Source of the DNA: Candidatus Eiseniibacteriota bacterium
GTDB lineage: Bacteria; Eisenbacteria; RBG-16-71-46; CAZEPH01
Direction: 5' to 3'
NCBI GenBank assembly: GCA_044229145.1
Contig: JBGATO010000018.1
Coordinates: 1 to 62,508, forward strand
DNA: 62,508 nt
Below, one piece after another: positions 21,865 to 31,874 of the stretch (its first letter is position 1; each line of letters starts with the position of its first letter). The notes beneath the pieces are model-generated. The model was given only the letters and a program-made list of their open reading frames with translations. It did no database searches and was not told the DNA's origin. The translations under genes were made by a program, and so were the position numbers.

Positions 21865-22218
21865 CTACCCGGCGTCCCGCACGAGTGCGCGAACGACGCG
21901 CAGCACGGCCTTGCGTGTCGCCGGATCATCGACGCCACGCGACACGTTGCCCGCTCCCGGCCGCAGATTGATCAGCGAGTCGAACTCCACCCAGTCGTCC
22001 CCTGGAATATCGGGATAGAGATTGATGCCCCAAAGGTCGGACTGCACCGACCCGTCCGCCAAGAGGACTGACTCTTCGTCCGAGTGCAGCTCCGCGCCGA
22101 TCGCCATGTAGCCGCGTGCGCAATCGACAACTGCTTTGATGAAGTCGCCGAACTGCCGGCCAGCGAGCGCCTTCACCGCCGCCCGATCCGTCGGTTCGCG
22201 GAGAATGCGAATCGGCAT
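21865..22218 (-). CDS. DUF5674 family protein
   Basis: IKAVVD, ELHSDEE..LL..GS.Q.DLWGINLYP, EFDSLINLRP. Confidence 0.8.
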   Translation of the reverse strand: MPIRILREPTDRAAVKALAGRQFGDFIKAVVDCARGYMAIGAELHSDEESVLLADGSVQSDLWGINLYPDIPGDDWVEFDSLINLRPGAGNVSRGVDDPATRKAVLRVVRALVRDAG

Positions 22219-22310
22219 TGCGCCATCGTGTGCCCAATCGTCTGCCATGATCCTCTCGAGTCGTGTGTGGACAGGAAGCATACGACCGCCGGCGATCCCG
22301 CCGCCAACAC

Positions 22311-22337
22311 AAAACCCCGGGCGTCGCCGCCCGGGGT
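22311..22337 (-). terminator. intrinsic terminator downstream of hppA
   Basis: 10-bp stem ACCCCGGGCG/CGCCCGGGGT with 4-nt loop, then T-run on the minus strand. Confidence 0.7.
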
Positions 22338-22363
22338 CGCGTGTTGCCTCTGTCGAATCGCGC

Positions 22364-24826
22364 TTACGAGTTCGACTCGATGCGCATGGCGTAGAACGAG
22401 CGCCACACGAACACCAGCGAGATCACGAAGAAGATCGCCGCGAGCACCAGCGACGCCTGACGGCTCATGCCGATCGCCAACTCCACCGCGAGCAGACCGA
22501 ACAGCGTGGTGAACTTGATGACCGGGTTCATCGCCACCGAGGAGGTGTCCTTGAACGGGTCGCCGACGGTGTCGCCGACCACGCAGGCCGCGTGCAGCTC
22601 GGTGCCCTTCTCCTTCAGGTCGACCTCGACCACCTTCTTCGCGTTGTCCCACGCGCCACCGGCGTTGGCCATGAAGATCGCCTGGTACAGACCGAACAGC
22701 GCGATCGAGATCAGGTAGCCGATGAAGAAGAACGGCTCGAGGCAGGCGAACGCCAGCGTCGAGAAGAACACGGTGAGGAAGATGTTGAACATGCCCTTCT
22801 GCGCGTAGATGGTGCAGATCTCCACCACCTTCTTGGAGTCCGCGACCGACGCCTTCGTCGCGCCGTCGAGCTTGATGTTCTTCTTGATGAACTCCACCGC
22901 GCGGTAGGCACCGGTGGACACCGCCTGCGTCGACGCGCCGGTGAACCAGTAGATCACCGCGCCGCCGGTGATGAGGCCGAGCAGGAACGGCGGGTGCAGC
23001 ATCGAGAGCTTGTCCATGCCGGTGGTCAGGTGCTCGGTGAGCAACATGATGATCGAGAAGATCATCGTCGTCGCGCCCACCACCGCGGTGCCAATGAGCA
23101 CCGGCTTGGCCGTCGCCTTGAATGTGTTGCCGGCGCCGTCGTTCTCCTCGAGCAGGTGCTTCGCGCGCTCGAACTTCACGTCGAAGCCGAACTCGCGCTT
23201 GACCTCGTCCTTGATGTTCGGCACTTCCTCGATGAGCGACAGTTCGTACACCGACTGCGCGTTGTCGGTCACCGGGCCGTACGAGTCGACCGCGATGGTG
23301 ACCGGACCCATGCCGAGGAATCCGAACGCCACCAGACCGAAGGCGAACACCGCCGGTGCGATCATGAGGCCGCCGAGGCCCTGGCCCGACACCACGTACG
23401 CGATGGCCATGAGCGCGACCATCGTCAGACCCATCCAGTACGCGCTGAAGTTACCGGCGATCAAACCCGAGAGCACGTTGAGCGACGCGCCACCTTCACG
23501 CGACGAGGTCACCACTTCCTTGACGTGGCGCGAGCCCGTCGAGGTGAAGACCTTGGTCAGTTCGGGGATGATGGCGCCGGCGAGCGTGCCGCATGTGATG
23601 ATCGCCGAGAGCTTCCACCACATGGTGCCGTCGCCGAGGTCGCTGATGAGGAACTTCGAGATCGCAAACGTCGCCACCACCGACACGATCGAGGTCAGCC
23701 ACACCAAGTTGGTGAGCGGCTTCTCGAAGTCCATCTTGTCGGAGTCGCCGTACTGACCCTTCGCCAGCGCCTCGTTGACCAAGTACGAGAGGCCCGACGC
23801 CAAGATCATGGCGATACGCATGACGAAGATCCAGACCAGCAACTTGACCTGGTTGGCCGGGTCCTGCACCGCGAGCAGGATGAAGGTGATGAGCGCCACA
23901 CCGGTCACGCCGTAGGTTTCGAACCCGTCGGCGGTCGGGCCCACCGAGTCACCGGCGTTGTCACCGGTGCAGTCGGCGATCACGCCCGGGTTGCGGGCGT
24001 CGTCTTCCTTGATGTTGAACACGATCTTCATCAAGTCCGAGCCGATGTCGGCAATCTTGGTGAAGATACCACCGGCGATACGCAGCGCCGAGGCACCGAG
24101 CGATTCGCCGATCGCGAAGCCGATGAAGCACGACCCCGCGTACTCCTTCGGAATGAACAGCATGATGGCGAGCATGATGAGCAGCTCGGTCGAGATGAGC
24201 AGCATCCCGATCGACATGCCGGCGCGCAGCGGAATCGCGTACACCGGGAACGGCTTGCCCTTCAGCGACGCGAACGCGGTGCGCGAGTTGGCGTAGGTGT
24301 TGATGCGGATCCCGAACCACGCCACACCGTACGAGCCGGCGATCCCGAGCAGGCTCATCGCCAGCACGATCACGACCTTGAACGGCTCCATGTGTCGCAG
24401 GAAGGCGAAGTAGTAGACCATGATGGCGCCGATGAAGAGTTCGAGCACCATCAGGAACTTGCCCTGCTGGATCAAGTAGGTCTTGCAGGTCTCGTAAATC
24501 AGCTCCGAGACCTCCAGCATGGACTTGTGCACCGGCAGCGCCTTCATCTGACGCGACACGATCAGACCGAAGGCCAGACCGAGCACGCAGACGCCGAGAC
24601 CGGCCATAAGCAGTTGCCGGCCGTTCATGCCGCCGAAGCTCACCGACCCGAGGTCGGGCAGAATGAGGTCAGCCTCGCTGGCGAACGCCGGGGCCGCCAG
24701 GACAAGCGCCATCAGGGCGCCCAGGGACGTCACGGCGCTCCGCGCGCTCGCGGACCGGGCCGGCGCCATCATGGCTCGCAGGCTCCGGAAGGCCGTTCTC
24801 CACTGTGGAAACAGGGTCGCGATCAT
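22364..24826 (-). CDS. hppA: membrane-bound ion-translocating pyrophosphatase, divergent subfamily
   Basis: GGIFTKIADIGSDL, EDDARNPGVIADCTGDNAGD, DSYGPVTDNA, GNTFKA, GGAWDNAKK, GDTVGDPFKDT; exact start uncertain. Confidence 0.92.
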   Translation of the reverse strand: MIATLFPQWRTAFRSLRAMMAPARSASARSAVTSLGALMALVLAAPAFASEADLILPDLGSVSFGGMNGRQLLMAGLGVCVLGLAFGLIVSRQMKALPVHKSMLEVSELIYETCKTYLIQQGKFLMVLELFIGAIMVYYFAFLRHMEPFKVVIVLAMSLLGIAGSYGVAWFGIRINTYANSRTAFASLKGKPFPVYAIPLRAGMSIGMLLISTELLIMLAIMLFIPKEYAGSCFIGFAIGESLGASALRIAGGIFTKIADIGSDLMKIVFNIKEDDARNPGVIADCTGDNAGDSVGPTADGFETYGVTGVALITFILLAVQDPANQVKLLVWIFVMRIAMILASGLSYLVNEALAKGQYGDSDKMDFEKPLTNLVWLTSIVSVVATFAISKFLISDLGDGTMWWKLSAIITCGTLAGAIIPELTKVFTSTGSRHVKEVVTSSREGGASLNVLSGLIAGNFSAYWMGLTMVALMAIAYVVSGQGLGGLMIAPAVFAFGLVAFGFLGMGPVTIAVDSYGPVTDNAQSVYELSLIEEVPNIKDEVKREFGFDVKFERAKHLLEENDGAGNTFKATAKPVLIGTAVVGATTMIFSIIMLLTEHLTTGMDKLSMLHPPFLLGLITGGAVIYWFTGASTQAVSTGAYRAVEFIKKNIKLDGATKASVADSKKVVEICTIYAQKGMFNIFLTVFFSTLAFACLEPFFFIGYLISIALFGLYQAIFMANAGGAWDNAKKVVEVDLKEKGTELHAACVVGDTVGDPFKDTSSVAMNPVIKFTTLFGLLAVELAIGMSRQASLVLAAIFFVISLVFVWRSFYAMRIESNS

Positions 24827-25038
24827 GTTTATCGCCAATCTCCTCTCGACTTGAAGCAAACTCGCGGCGCCGCCGACGGCAGCCAGGGCTCGCGGACGAT
24901 TCAAAAGAACGGGCGATTCTACACTGACGAGTCGGGCTCTGGGGGCGGAAAAGGTGGACGAGTGGCCCATGTGCCTGCACGTGTGTGCCCTGCTGTGTCG
25001 CTCGCTGCGCCGCCGTGCGCTGCCAGGGACGATACGCG

Positions 25039-25068
25039 TTGACGCTCCCCCCGCCGCCCGACTACCAT
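25039..25068 (+). promoter_or_regulatory. putative sigma70 promoter upstream of secD
   Basis: TTGACG-N18-TACCAT in the intergenic region. Confidence 0.45.
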
Positions 25069-25226
25069 CGCCGGTCACCCTTGTGCGGACGCTATGTGTG
25101 GCTGCCTGGCGCATTTCTGCCCGGCCAACCCACGCCGCCGCATAATGTCCAACTCGCACCGCGAGCCGCAGGCGGGCATCCGCTCGTCCGGCGATCGCGC
25201 CCTGAGTTCTTGAAGAGGATACCTGG

Positions 25227-26810
25227 ATGCTCGGCCGTTACTGGAAGCTCGCGCTCCTCATCTTGTTGCTGGCGTGGAGCGCCTACGAGCTGTACCCCTC
25301 GGTGCAGTACTACACGATGTCCGAGGCGGCGCAGAAGCAGATGGCGCCGGAAGCGCTGCAGAAGTTGAAGGACCGGGCGATCAAGCTGGGTCTCGACCTC
25401 CAGGGCGGTATGCACCTGGTGCTCGAGGTGGACCGCTCGAAGCTCTCCGAGGCCGACGCCAAGGACGCCATCGACCGTGCCGAGCAGATTCTCCGCTCGC
25501 GTATCGACCAGTTCGGTGTGTCCGAGCCGCTCATCCAGAAGCAGGGCGAGGACCGCATCCTCGTCCAGTTGCCGGGTCTGTTGGACGCCGCGCGCGCCAA
25601 GAACCTCATTGGCCAGACCGGTTTGCTCGAGTTCAAGATCGTCAAGACCGACGACGAGGCGAAGCAGGCCTTCGAGCGCGCCGACCAGTGGCTGGTGGCC
25701 AACGGCAAGGCGATGGTGCCGGCGAGCGCCAGCCGCACCGACTCGGCGATCGCGCAGCACCCGCTGAGCGGCCGCCTGGCGTCCGCCGCGCAGGCGATGG
25801 CGTTCGTGGAATCCGGCGATGTGCCGGTGGTGCGCGAGCTGCTCGCCGCGCTGCCCGACAGCGTGCTGCCGCCGAACACCCAGTTCGCCGAAGACGCCAA
25901 GGAGAAGCCGCTGAGCGGCAGCGGCCGGAGTGGTCGCTACCTGTACGTGCTCACCCGCGCCGCCGAGATGACCGGTGCCGCGATCTCCACCGCGCGCATG
26001 TCGCCGAACCTCGACCCGGAGCGCCCGGGCGCGCCGGGCGTCAGCATGTCGATGACCGGCCGCGGCACCGCGCAGTTCGCCCGCGTCACGCGCGAGAACG
26101 TGCAGCGCTACATGGCGATCGTGCTCGACAACCGCGTCTACACGGCGCCGGTGATCCGCGAGCCGATTCCGTCGGGGAACGCCAGCATCACCGGCAGCTT
26201 CAGCGACCAGGAAGCCACCGACTTGGCGATCGTGCTCAAGGCCGGTGCGCTGCCGGCGCCGGTCAAAGTGATCGAGGAGCGCACCGTCGGGCCGACCCTC
26301 GGCCGCGACTCGATCAAGGCCGGGCTGACGGCGTCGCTGCTCGGCGCCATCTTGGTGGTCGGCTTCATGCTGATCTACTACCGCGGCTCCGGCATCGTGG
26401 CGATCCTCACCTTGCTGCTCAACATCATCTTCTTGCTCGCCGGGTTGTCGCAGTTGCGTTCGACGCTGACGCTCCCCGGCATCGCAGGTATCGCGCTCAC
26501 CATCGGTATGGCGGTGGACGCGAACGTGCTGATCTTCGAGCGCCTGCGTGAGGAGTTGCGCAATGGCCGCAGCGTGCGCACCGCCATCGATCTCGGCTTC
26601 AAGCACGCGTGGCGCACCATCGTCGACGCGCAGATCACCACGCTGATCACCGCCGTCGTCCTCATGCTCGTGGGAACCGGAACCGTGAAGGGTTTCGGTG
26701 TCACGCTGACGATCGGTTTGATCTTCAACATCTACACCGCGGTCTTCGTGTGCCGCATGATGTTCGACTGGCTCGCGTCGAAGTCCAAACTCGACACGCT
26801 GTCCATCTGA
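25227..26810 (+). CDS. secD: protein translocase subunit SecD
   Basis: KLGLDLQGG, RIDQFGVSEP, RILVQLPG, GALPAP, VGPTLG, GMAVDANVLIFER. Confidence 0.95.
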   Translation: MLGRYWKLALLILLLAWSAYELYPSVQYYTMSEAAQKQMAPEALQKLKDRAIKLGLDLQGGMHLVLEVDRSKLSEADAKDAIDRAEQILRSRIDQFGVSEPLIQKQGEDRILVQLPGLLDAARAKNLIGQTGLLEFKIVKTDDEAKQAFERADQWLVANGKAMVPASASRTDSAIAQHPLSGRLASAAQAMAFVESGDVPVVRELLAALPDSVLPPNTQFAEDAKEKPLSGSGRSGRYLYVLTRAAEMTGAAISTARMSPNLDPERPGAPGVSMSMTGRGTAQFARVTRENVQRYMAIVLDNRVYTAPVIREPIPSGNASITGSFSDQEATDLAIVLKAGALPAPVKVIEERTVGPTLGRDSIKAGLTASLLGAILVVGFMLIYYRGSGIVAILTLLLNIIFLLAGLSQLRSTLTLPGIAGIALTIGMAVDANVLIFERLREELRNGRSVRTAIDLGFKHAWRTIVDAQITTLITAVVLMLVGTGTVKGFGVTLTIGLIFNIYTAVFVCRMMFDWLASKSKLDTLSI

Positions 26811-26838
26811 CCGGCCACGATCGCGGAGAGAAAGAACG

Positions 26839-27782
26839 ATGCTGGAACTCATCAAGCCCACGAAATTCGACTTCATGGGCAAGCGTTTCATCGCGTACTG
26901 GATCACGTCGATCCTTGCGCTGGTCGGGCTGGGTGCGATCGTCCTGCACGGCGGACCACGGCTGTCGATCGACTTCACCGGAGGCACGCTGATCGAAGTG
27001 CGCTTCACGCCGCCGGTGAGCGCGTCGCAGTTGCGCGCCGAACTCGGCAAGATCGGCTATGGCGACGCGGAAATTCAGGAAGTCGGCAACTCGGGTGACA
27101 TCATGCTGCGCGCCAAGGCGAGCGAAGGCGGCGGCGCGCTCAAGTGGGAGCCGATCCAAGACGCGCTCACCAAGACGTTCCCGAACACCAAGATCGAGCG
27201 GCTCAACGACCCAAGATCGGTGGCGAACTCAAGGGCAAGGCGTTGTGGGCGATCTTCTGGTCGCTCGGCCTCATCTTGCTCTACGTCGGCGTGCGCTACG
27301 ACTTCCGCTTCGCGGTGGGCGGTGTGCTCGCGCTCTTCCACGACCTGTTCATCGTGTTCGGGCTCTGCGTGCTGTTCGACAAGGAGTTCTCGCTCACGGT
27401 GCTGGCGGCGTTCCTGACGCTCGCGGGGTACTCGATCAACGACACCGTCGTGGTGTTCGACCGGATCCGCGAAGTGATGAAGGGCGGCTACCGCCGCGAA
27501 GGTCTGGCCGAGATCATGAACACCTCGATCAACCAGACGTTGTCGCGCACCATCATCACGGCGCTCACCGTGTTCTTGAGCGTCCTCGCGCTCTACTTGG
27601 TGGGCGGACAGGTGCTGCACGACTTCTCGTTCGCGATGCTGATCGGTGTGGTGAGTGGAACCTACTCGTCGATCTTCGTGGCGAGCGCGTTCGTGCTCGA
27701 CTGGACGCGCCTCACGCACAAGAACAAGCCGGCCGTGGTCGCGCCGGCCGCTCCGGCGGGGAAGAAGTCGGCGAAGGCCTAA
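26839..27782 (+). pseudogene. secF: protein translocase subunit SecF, frameshifted near 27210 (assembly error or pseudogene)
   Basis: N-terminal half (IDFTGGT) and C-terminal half (PKIGGEL, FHD, GYSINDTVVVFDRIRE, QTLSRT, GTYSSIF) lie in different frames. Confidence 0.85.
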
Positions 27783-27805
27783 GGGTCCGCACCGAAAGCT
27801 GTGCG

Positions 27806-27834
27806 ACGGCGCTCCGCGCGATGCGGGGCGCCGT
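27806..27834 (+). terminator. hairpin after secF, possible terminator
   Basis: ACGGCGCTCCGC...GCGGGGCGCCGT stem with one G-U pair; weak U-tract. Confidence 0.4.
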
Positions 27835-27955
27835 TCGCGTTGTGCGGGAACGATTCGCGCGGCGGCGAGGTTGTCCTGCGCGTCACCGAACGGCAGAAGG
27901 CGTCGCGTCCGGCGCGGCGACTGGTGATGACCGAGGACGAAGGAGGACAGCGATC

Positions 27956-28300
27956 ATGCGTCGTCTGATCTGCGCGGCGCTCGTCGCGCTGGCGATTCCG
28001 TGCGCGGCGTGGGCGGGCGGCACCGCGGCATCGGGCGCCGCGGCCAAGGCAAAGCCCGCCGTCGCGACCAAGGCCGCCGCGCTCGTCGACATCAACTCCG
28101 CGAGCAAGGAGGACCTGGCGAAGCTGCCCGGCATCGGGGCGGCGTACGCGGCGAAGATCGTCGCCGGCCGGCCGTATGCCAACAAGTCGCAGCTGGTGAG
28201 CAACAAGATCGTGCCGCAGTCGACCTACGACAAGGTCGCCGCCTTGGTCGTCGCGAAACAGGCGATGGGCGCCAAAGCCAAGACCGCGGCCAAGAAGTAG
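27956..28300 (+). CDS. secreted helix-hairpin-helix (ComEA-like) DNA-binding protein
   Basis: AGGAGG RBS; signal peptide; LVDINSASKEDLAKLPGIG..YAAKIVAGRPY. Confidence 0.88.
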   Translation: MRRLICAALVALAIPCAAWAGGTAASGAAAKAKPAVATKAAALVDINSASKEDLAKLPGIGAAYAAKIVAGRPYANKSQLVSNKIVPQSTYDKVAALVVAKQAMGAKAKTAAKK

Positions 28301-28322
28301 CGCGCCTCCGACGACGCGCCAT

Positions 28323-28369
28323 GCGAAACGCCGCCGGATCCCGACACGTGTCGGGCCGGCGGCGTTCGC
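28323..28369. terminator. long hairpin between convergent genes
   Basis: AACGCCGCCGG/CCGGCGGCGTT outer stem enclosing the palindrome CCCGACACGTGTCGGG. Confidence 0.6.
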
Positions 28370-28390
28370 TATCTACGGGGCTGCGGGCGG

Positions 28391-28735
28391 CTAGACGCCG
28401 CGCTTGCGCCCTTCCATCGACATTTGATCGCGCTTGTTCTCGACCGTCTTCCAGTGCTCCGCTTCGGGCAGCGGGTCGCGCTTGATGTTGAGGTTCGGCC
28501 ATTCCTTGGAGAGCTGGGCATTGAGCGCTTCGAACTCGCGCCACTTCTCCGGCAGGCTCTCGGCGGGGAAGATCGCCTTGGTCGGGCAGGTCGGCTCGCA
28601 CGCGCCGCAGTCGATGCACTCGTCCGGGTTGATGACGAGCGACGTTTCACCCTCGTAGAAGCAATCGACCGGGCAGACCTCGACACAGTCTGTGTACTTG
28701 CACTTGATGCACGGCTCCGCAACAACGAACGCCAT
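28391..28735 (-). CDS. fdxA: 7Fe ferredoxin (FdxA/FdI type)
   Basis: [18 protein letters not shown] and [21 protein letters not shown]. Confidence 0.92.
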   Translation of the reverse strand: MAFVVAEPCIKCKYTDCVEVCPVDCFYEGETSLVINPDECIDCGACEPTCPTKAIFPAESLPEKWREFEALNAQLSKEWPNLNIKRDPLPEAEHWKTVENKRDQMSMEGRKRGV

Positions 28736-29186
28736 CGGTGACTCCTTGAAGGAAGCAGCCGTCCACTGCGCGCCTGGCGCGACGCGGCTGTGAGTGCGCC
28801 TCGGATCCGCTCCGAGTCCGGATTCAAGACCGCGCATTGTACACGATTCGCGCCGGAGCGTCGCGGCGGACGCGGCGACGCGCCGTGGTCCAATGGGAGC
28901 GGGTGGCCAAGGGAGCAGGGAATCGCCGTACCCCTTTGGGCGACGATTGTGCCACCCCGAAGGCTGCGCTAGCATCCAAGGTCTGACCCATGTCTGGCTT
29001 ACGTCGTCAACGCGCCGTCTTTGTCCTGCCCCGTCCGGTGACGTCGTACCCGGCCGGTGGCCGCGCCGTGGGCGCTCCTCTCGTTCCTCTCCCGATATCG
29101 CCCGCCGCCGGTGTCGTTGCGCCCGCTGACCTGTGCCTCGTGAGCCCGTGGGCTCCCTGCCGCTTGCCGATCACAAGGAGATTCAC

Positions 29187-30143
29187 ATGCTGACCCTTCG
29201 CCGCAGCGCGCGCCCGACCCTGGTGCTCGCGGCCTTTGCCCTGCTCGCCGGTCTGACCGCCGCGCGGCCTGCCGCCGCCTGTCCGCTGTGCATGAACAGC
29301 GACCCCGCGCTCAACAACCCCGGCTCGACCAACTCGAACACCGGCCAGTGGCGCGTCACCGTCGAGAACAAGTCGCTCTCGAAGCTGAATGGCATCCTCC
29401 AGTCCGGCAACGTCGGCACCGATCACGAATTCCAGCACGAGGACCGGCTCACCACGACGTTTGCGTACCAGCCGACCATGCGGCTCGGGCTCGCAGCGAG
29501 TGTGCCGTTCATGTTCCGCAATCACGTCCAGTACAGCACCATCAGCCCGCCGGTGAAGACGACGGCGAACAACTTCAGCGACGCCGACATCCAGGCGCGC
29601 TATACGTTTTGGATCCACCACCCGGCCGGCAAGTACGCCTCGGCGTCGGTGATGGGCGGCGTCGTGGTGCCGACCGGCGTCAACAGCGTGCTGTTCCCCG
29701 GCACCTCGCAGCGGCTCTCCGAGCACAACCAGCCGGGCACCGGCGCGTTCTCGCTGCTCGCCGGCTTGTCGGCGCAAGCGCAGAACGCCAATCAGTGGAT
29801 CTACGTCGGCAACATCTTCAAGCAGGTGTTCCAGAACGACTACGACTACAACTACGGGCACGCTTACATGGCGACCGTCGAAGTCGGGCAAAAGGCGACG
29901 AGCAAGGTCGCGCTGCTCGGCACCGCCGTCTACCGCTGGACGAAGCAGGAAGACGGCCCGCTGTCGGCGATCTATCAGGTGCAGACCGGCGGCGACATCA
30001 TCCTGGTCGGCGGCGGCGTGCAGGCAACGCCGGTGAACCACTTCATGGTGCGCGGCTTGGCGTACTTCCCGGTGAAGAATGGCTTCATCCAGCCGCAGTC
30101 CGAGGACAACAGTCTGTCGGTCTCGGTGTCGTACATCCATTAG
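29187..30143 (+). CDS. putative outer-membrane beta-barrel protein with N-terminal CxxC, paralogue A
   Basis: AAGGAG RBS; signal peptide then ACPLC; GV.VPTG, QPGTG, Y.YG motifs; amphipathic terminal strand SVSVSYIH. Confidence 0.7.
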   Translation: MLTLRRSARPTLVLAAFALLAGLTAARPAAACPLCMNSDPALNNPGSTNSNTGQWRVTVENKSLSKLNGILQSGNVGTDHEFQHEDRLTTTFAYQPTMRLGLAASVPFMFRNHVQYSTISPPVKTTANNFSDADIQARYTFWIHHPAGKYASASVMGGVVVPTGVNSVLFPGTSQRLSEHNQPGTGAFSLLAGLSAQAQNANQWIYVGNIFKQVFQNDYDYNYGHAYMATVEVGQKATSKVALLGTAVYRWTKQEDGPLSAIYQVQTGGDIILVGGGVQATPVNHFMVRGLAYFPVKNGFIQPQSEDNSLSVSVSYIH

Positions 30144-30156
30144 GCCCGCGGAGACG

Positions 30157-31146
30157 ATGATCGTGCGAGGAAGTCTGGTGGCCGCGGTCGCGGCGCTGCT
30201 CGTGGCGCCGGCCGTGGCCCACGCGTGCTCGGTGTGCCTGTGCGGCGACAATCACGCCGCCAACCTCGGGCTCGACACGCCGGTGGTGGGGCAGTGGCGG
30301 CTCGGACTCGAGCAGCGCGTGTCGTCCAAGAGCAACGGCGTGGAGGGCGAACCGCTCTCCACCGAGTCGTCGCGCGATAGCCGCACCACGCTGGCGCTGT
30401 CGTACTCGCCGACGATGCGGTTCTCCTATGGCCTCAACGTGCCGCTGGTGGATCGCCGCATCGAGATCACCAACCGGCCGGTGACGACAACCTCGCTGCA
30501 ATTCGGCGACATCGAAGCGCAGGCGCGCGCGGACGTCTGGGTGCACCGCACGCACGGCGTGTTCTCGGCCACCCGTGTGCTGGCGGGCGTCACGCTTCCC
30601 ACCGGCAGCAATAACCTCATGAAGACGCACAACCCGAATGCCGATTCCACCGGCAGCATGCCGTCGCCCGGCGTCTGGGATCTCGTGCCGGCACATGAAT
30701 CCACCGGCGATCGCTATGACGAACACGCGCAACCCGGCACCGGCGCGTGGGCCGGCACGCTCGGACTCGCGCAGCTGTGGAGCACGCCGGCGACGTGGCT
30801 GTACGGCAGCGTCGCCTACCGCGTGCTCACCACCAACAGCCACGACTACCGCTATGGCGCCTCGTGGCTGCTGACCGTCGAAGGCGGGCGCCGGCTCGGC
30901 ACGGCGGTGAGCGCGGTGATGGGCGTGGCCGCCCGCACGACGCAGCAGGACGAGACGGGCGATGCCGCCGAGCCGCTGCTCGTCGACAGTGGCGGCAAGG
31001 TCGCCTTCGTCACGCCTGGCGTGCAGGCGAAGATCGGCACGGACTGGATCGCCCGCGCGCAAGTGTTCGTGCCGGCGTGGTCGGATCTCAACGGAACGCA
31101 GGACGAGAAGACGAACGTCATCGTCCGCCTCACCTACACGAAGTGA
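30157..31146 (+). CDS. putative outer-membrane beta-barrel protein with N-terminal CxxCxC, paralogue B
   Basis: Signal peptide then ACSVCLC; FGDI, GVTLPTG, EHAQPGTG, YRYG; terminal strand IVRLTYTK. Confidence 0.7.
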   Translation: MIVRGSLVAAVAALLVAPAVAHACSVCLCGDNHAANLGLDTPVVGQWRLGLEQRVSSKSNGVEGEPLSTESSRDSRTTLALSYSPTMRFSYGLNVPLVDRRIEITNRPVTTTSLQFGDIEAQARADVWVHRTHGVFSATRVLAGVTLPTGSNNLMKTHNPNADSTGSMPSPGVWDLVPAHESTGDRYDEHAQPGTGAWAGTLGLAQLWSTPATWLYGSVAYRVLTTNSHDYRYGASWLLTVEGGRRLGTAVSAVMGVAARTTQQDETGDAAEPLLVDSGGKVAFVTPGVQAKIGTDWIARAQVFVPAWSDLNGTQDEKTNVIVRLTYTK

Positions 31147-31163
31147 TTGCGCGAGGAGACAAC

Positions 31164-31820
31164 GTGAAGCCCGTGGTACTGCAGATTGCCGCTGCCGTGA
31201 TGCTGGTCGGCGCGCTGGTGTCGAACGCGTTCGCCGATCGCACGCAGACGTACTCGCTCTCGCGCTTGCACTGCGTCGAGTGCGGCGACGACATCGGCCG
31301 CTCGATCAAGAAGGTCAAGGGCGTGAAGAAGTACACGTTCGACTATCTCAAGGCCGAGGCCACAGTCGTGATGCTCGACGCTGTGAGCGACGCGCAGATC
31401 GTCAAGGCGATCGAGGCCGCGGGATACGGCGGCGAAGCGGGCGCGGGCAAGGGCAAGTACATGGAGTTCGAGCCGTACGGCGCGAACGTGGACTTCGCCG
31501 TGCTCAACAAGGACGGCTCGACGATGGGACCGCTCGACTCGCTGCGCGTGCCCGACAAGTTCACCGTGTTCGACATCTACGCCGAGTGGTGCATGCCGTG
31601 TCGCCAAGTCGACATGGAGCTGCACCGGCAGCTCGAGAAGCGCACGGACGTCGCGGTGCGGCGCATCAACTTCGTGAGCTGGGATTCGCCGCTCGCCAAG
31701 CAGATGGAAGGGCAGGTCAAGGCGCTGCCGCATCTCGTGATCTATCGTCCGGATGGCAAGGCCACGGTGGTCGAGGGTTTCAACGCGAAGAAGCTGAAGG
31801 ACGCGCTCGCCGTCAAGTAG
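31164..31820 (+). CDS. exported HMA-domain and thioredoxin fusion protein
   Basis: GAGGAG then GTG; signal peptide (AFA); LHCVEC...IEAAGY (HMA); YAEWCMPC...LPH (thioredoxin). Confidence 0.8.
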   Translation: MKPVVLQIAAAVMLVGALVSNAFADRTQTYSLSRLHCVECGDDIGRSIKKVKGVKKYTFDYLKAEATVVMLDAVSDAQIVKAIEAAGYGGEAGAGKGKYMEFEPYGANVDFAVLNKDGSTMGPLDSLRVPDKFTVFDIYAEWCMPCRQVDMELHRQLEKRTDVAVRRINFVSWDSPLAKQMEGQVKALPHLVIYRPDGKATVVEGFNAKKLKDALAVK

Positions 31821-31874
31821 CGGCGGGCGGGTGACGCGGCGGAGGTGTCCTGCGGGCGCCTCCGCCGCGTGCGT

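Noticed and set aside
27195..27230. Programmed -1 frameshift in secF
   Set aside because: No X XXY YYZ slippery site is present, and conserved residues are missing, which points to a deletion rather than recoding.
28736..29186. 450-nt divergent intergenic region as an ncRNA or small-ORF site
   Set aside because: No recognisable RNA family, and the small ORFs lack an RBS or coding-like composition; left unannotated.
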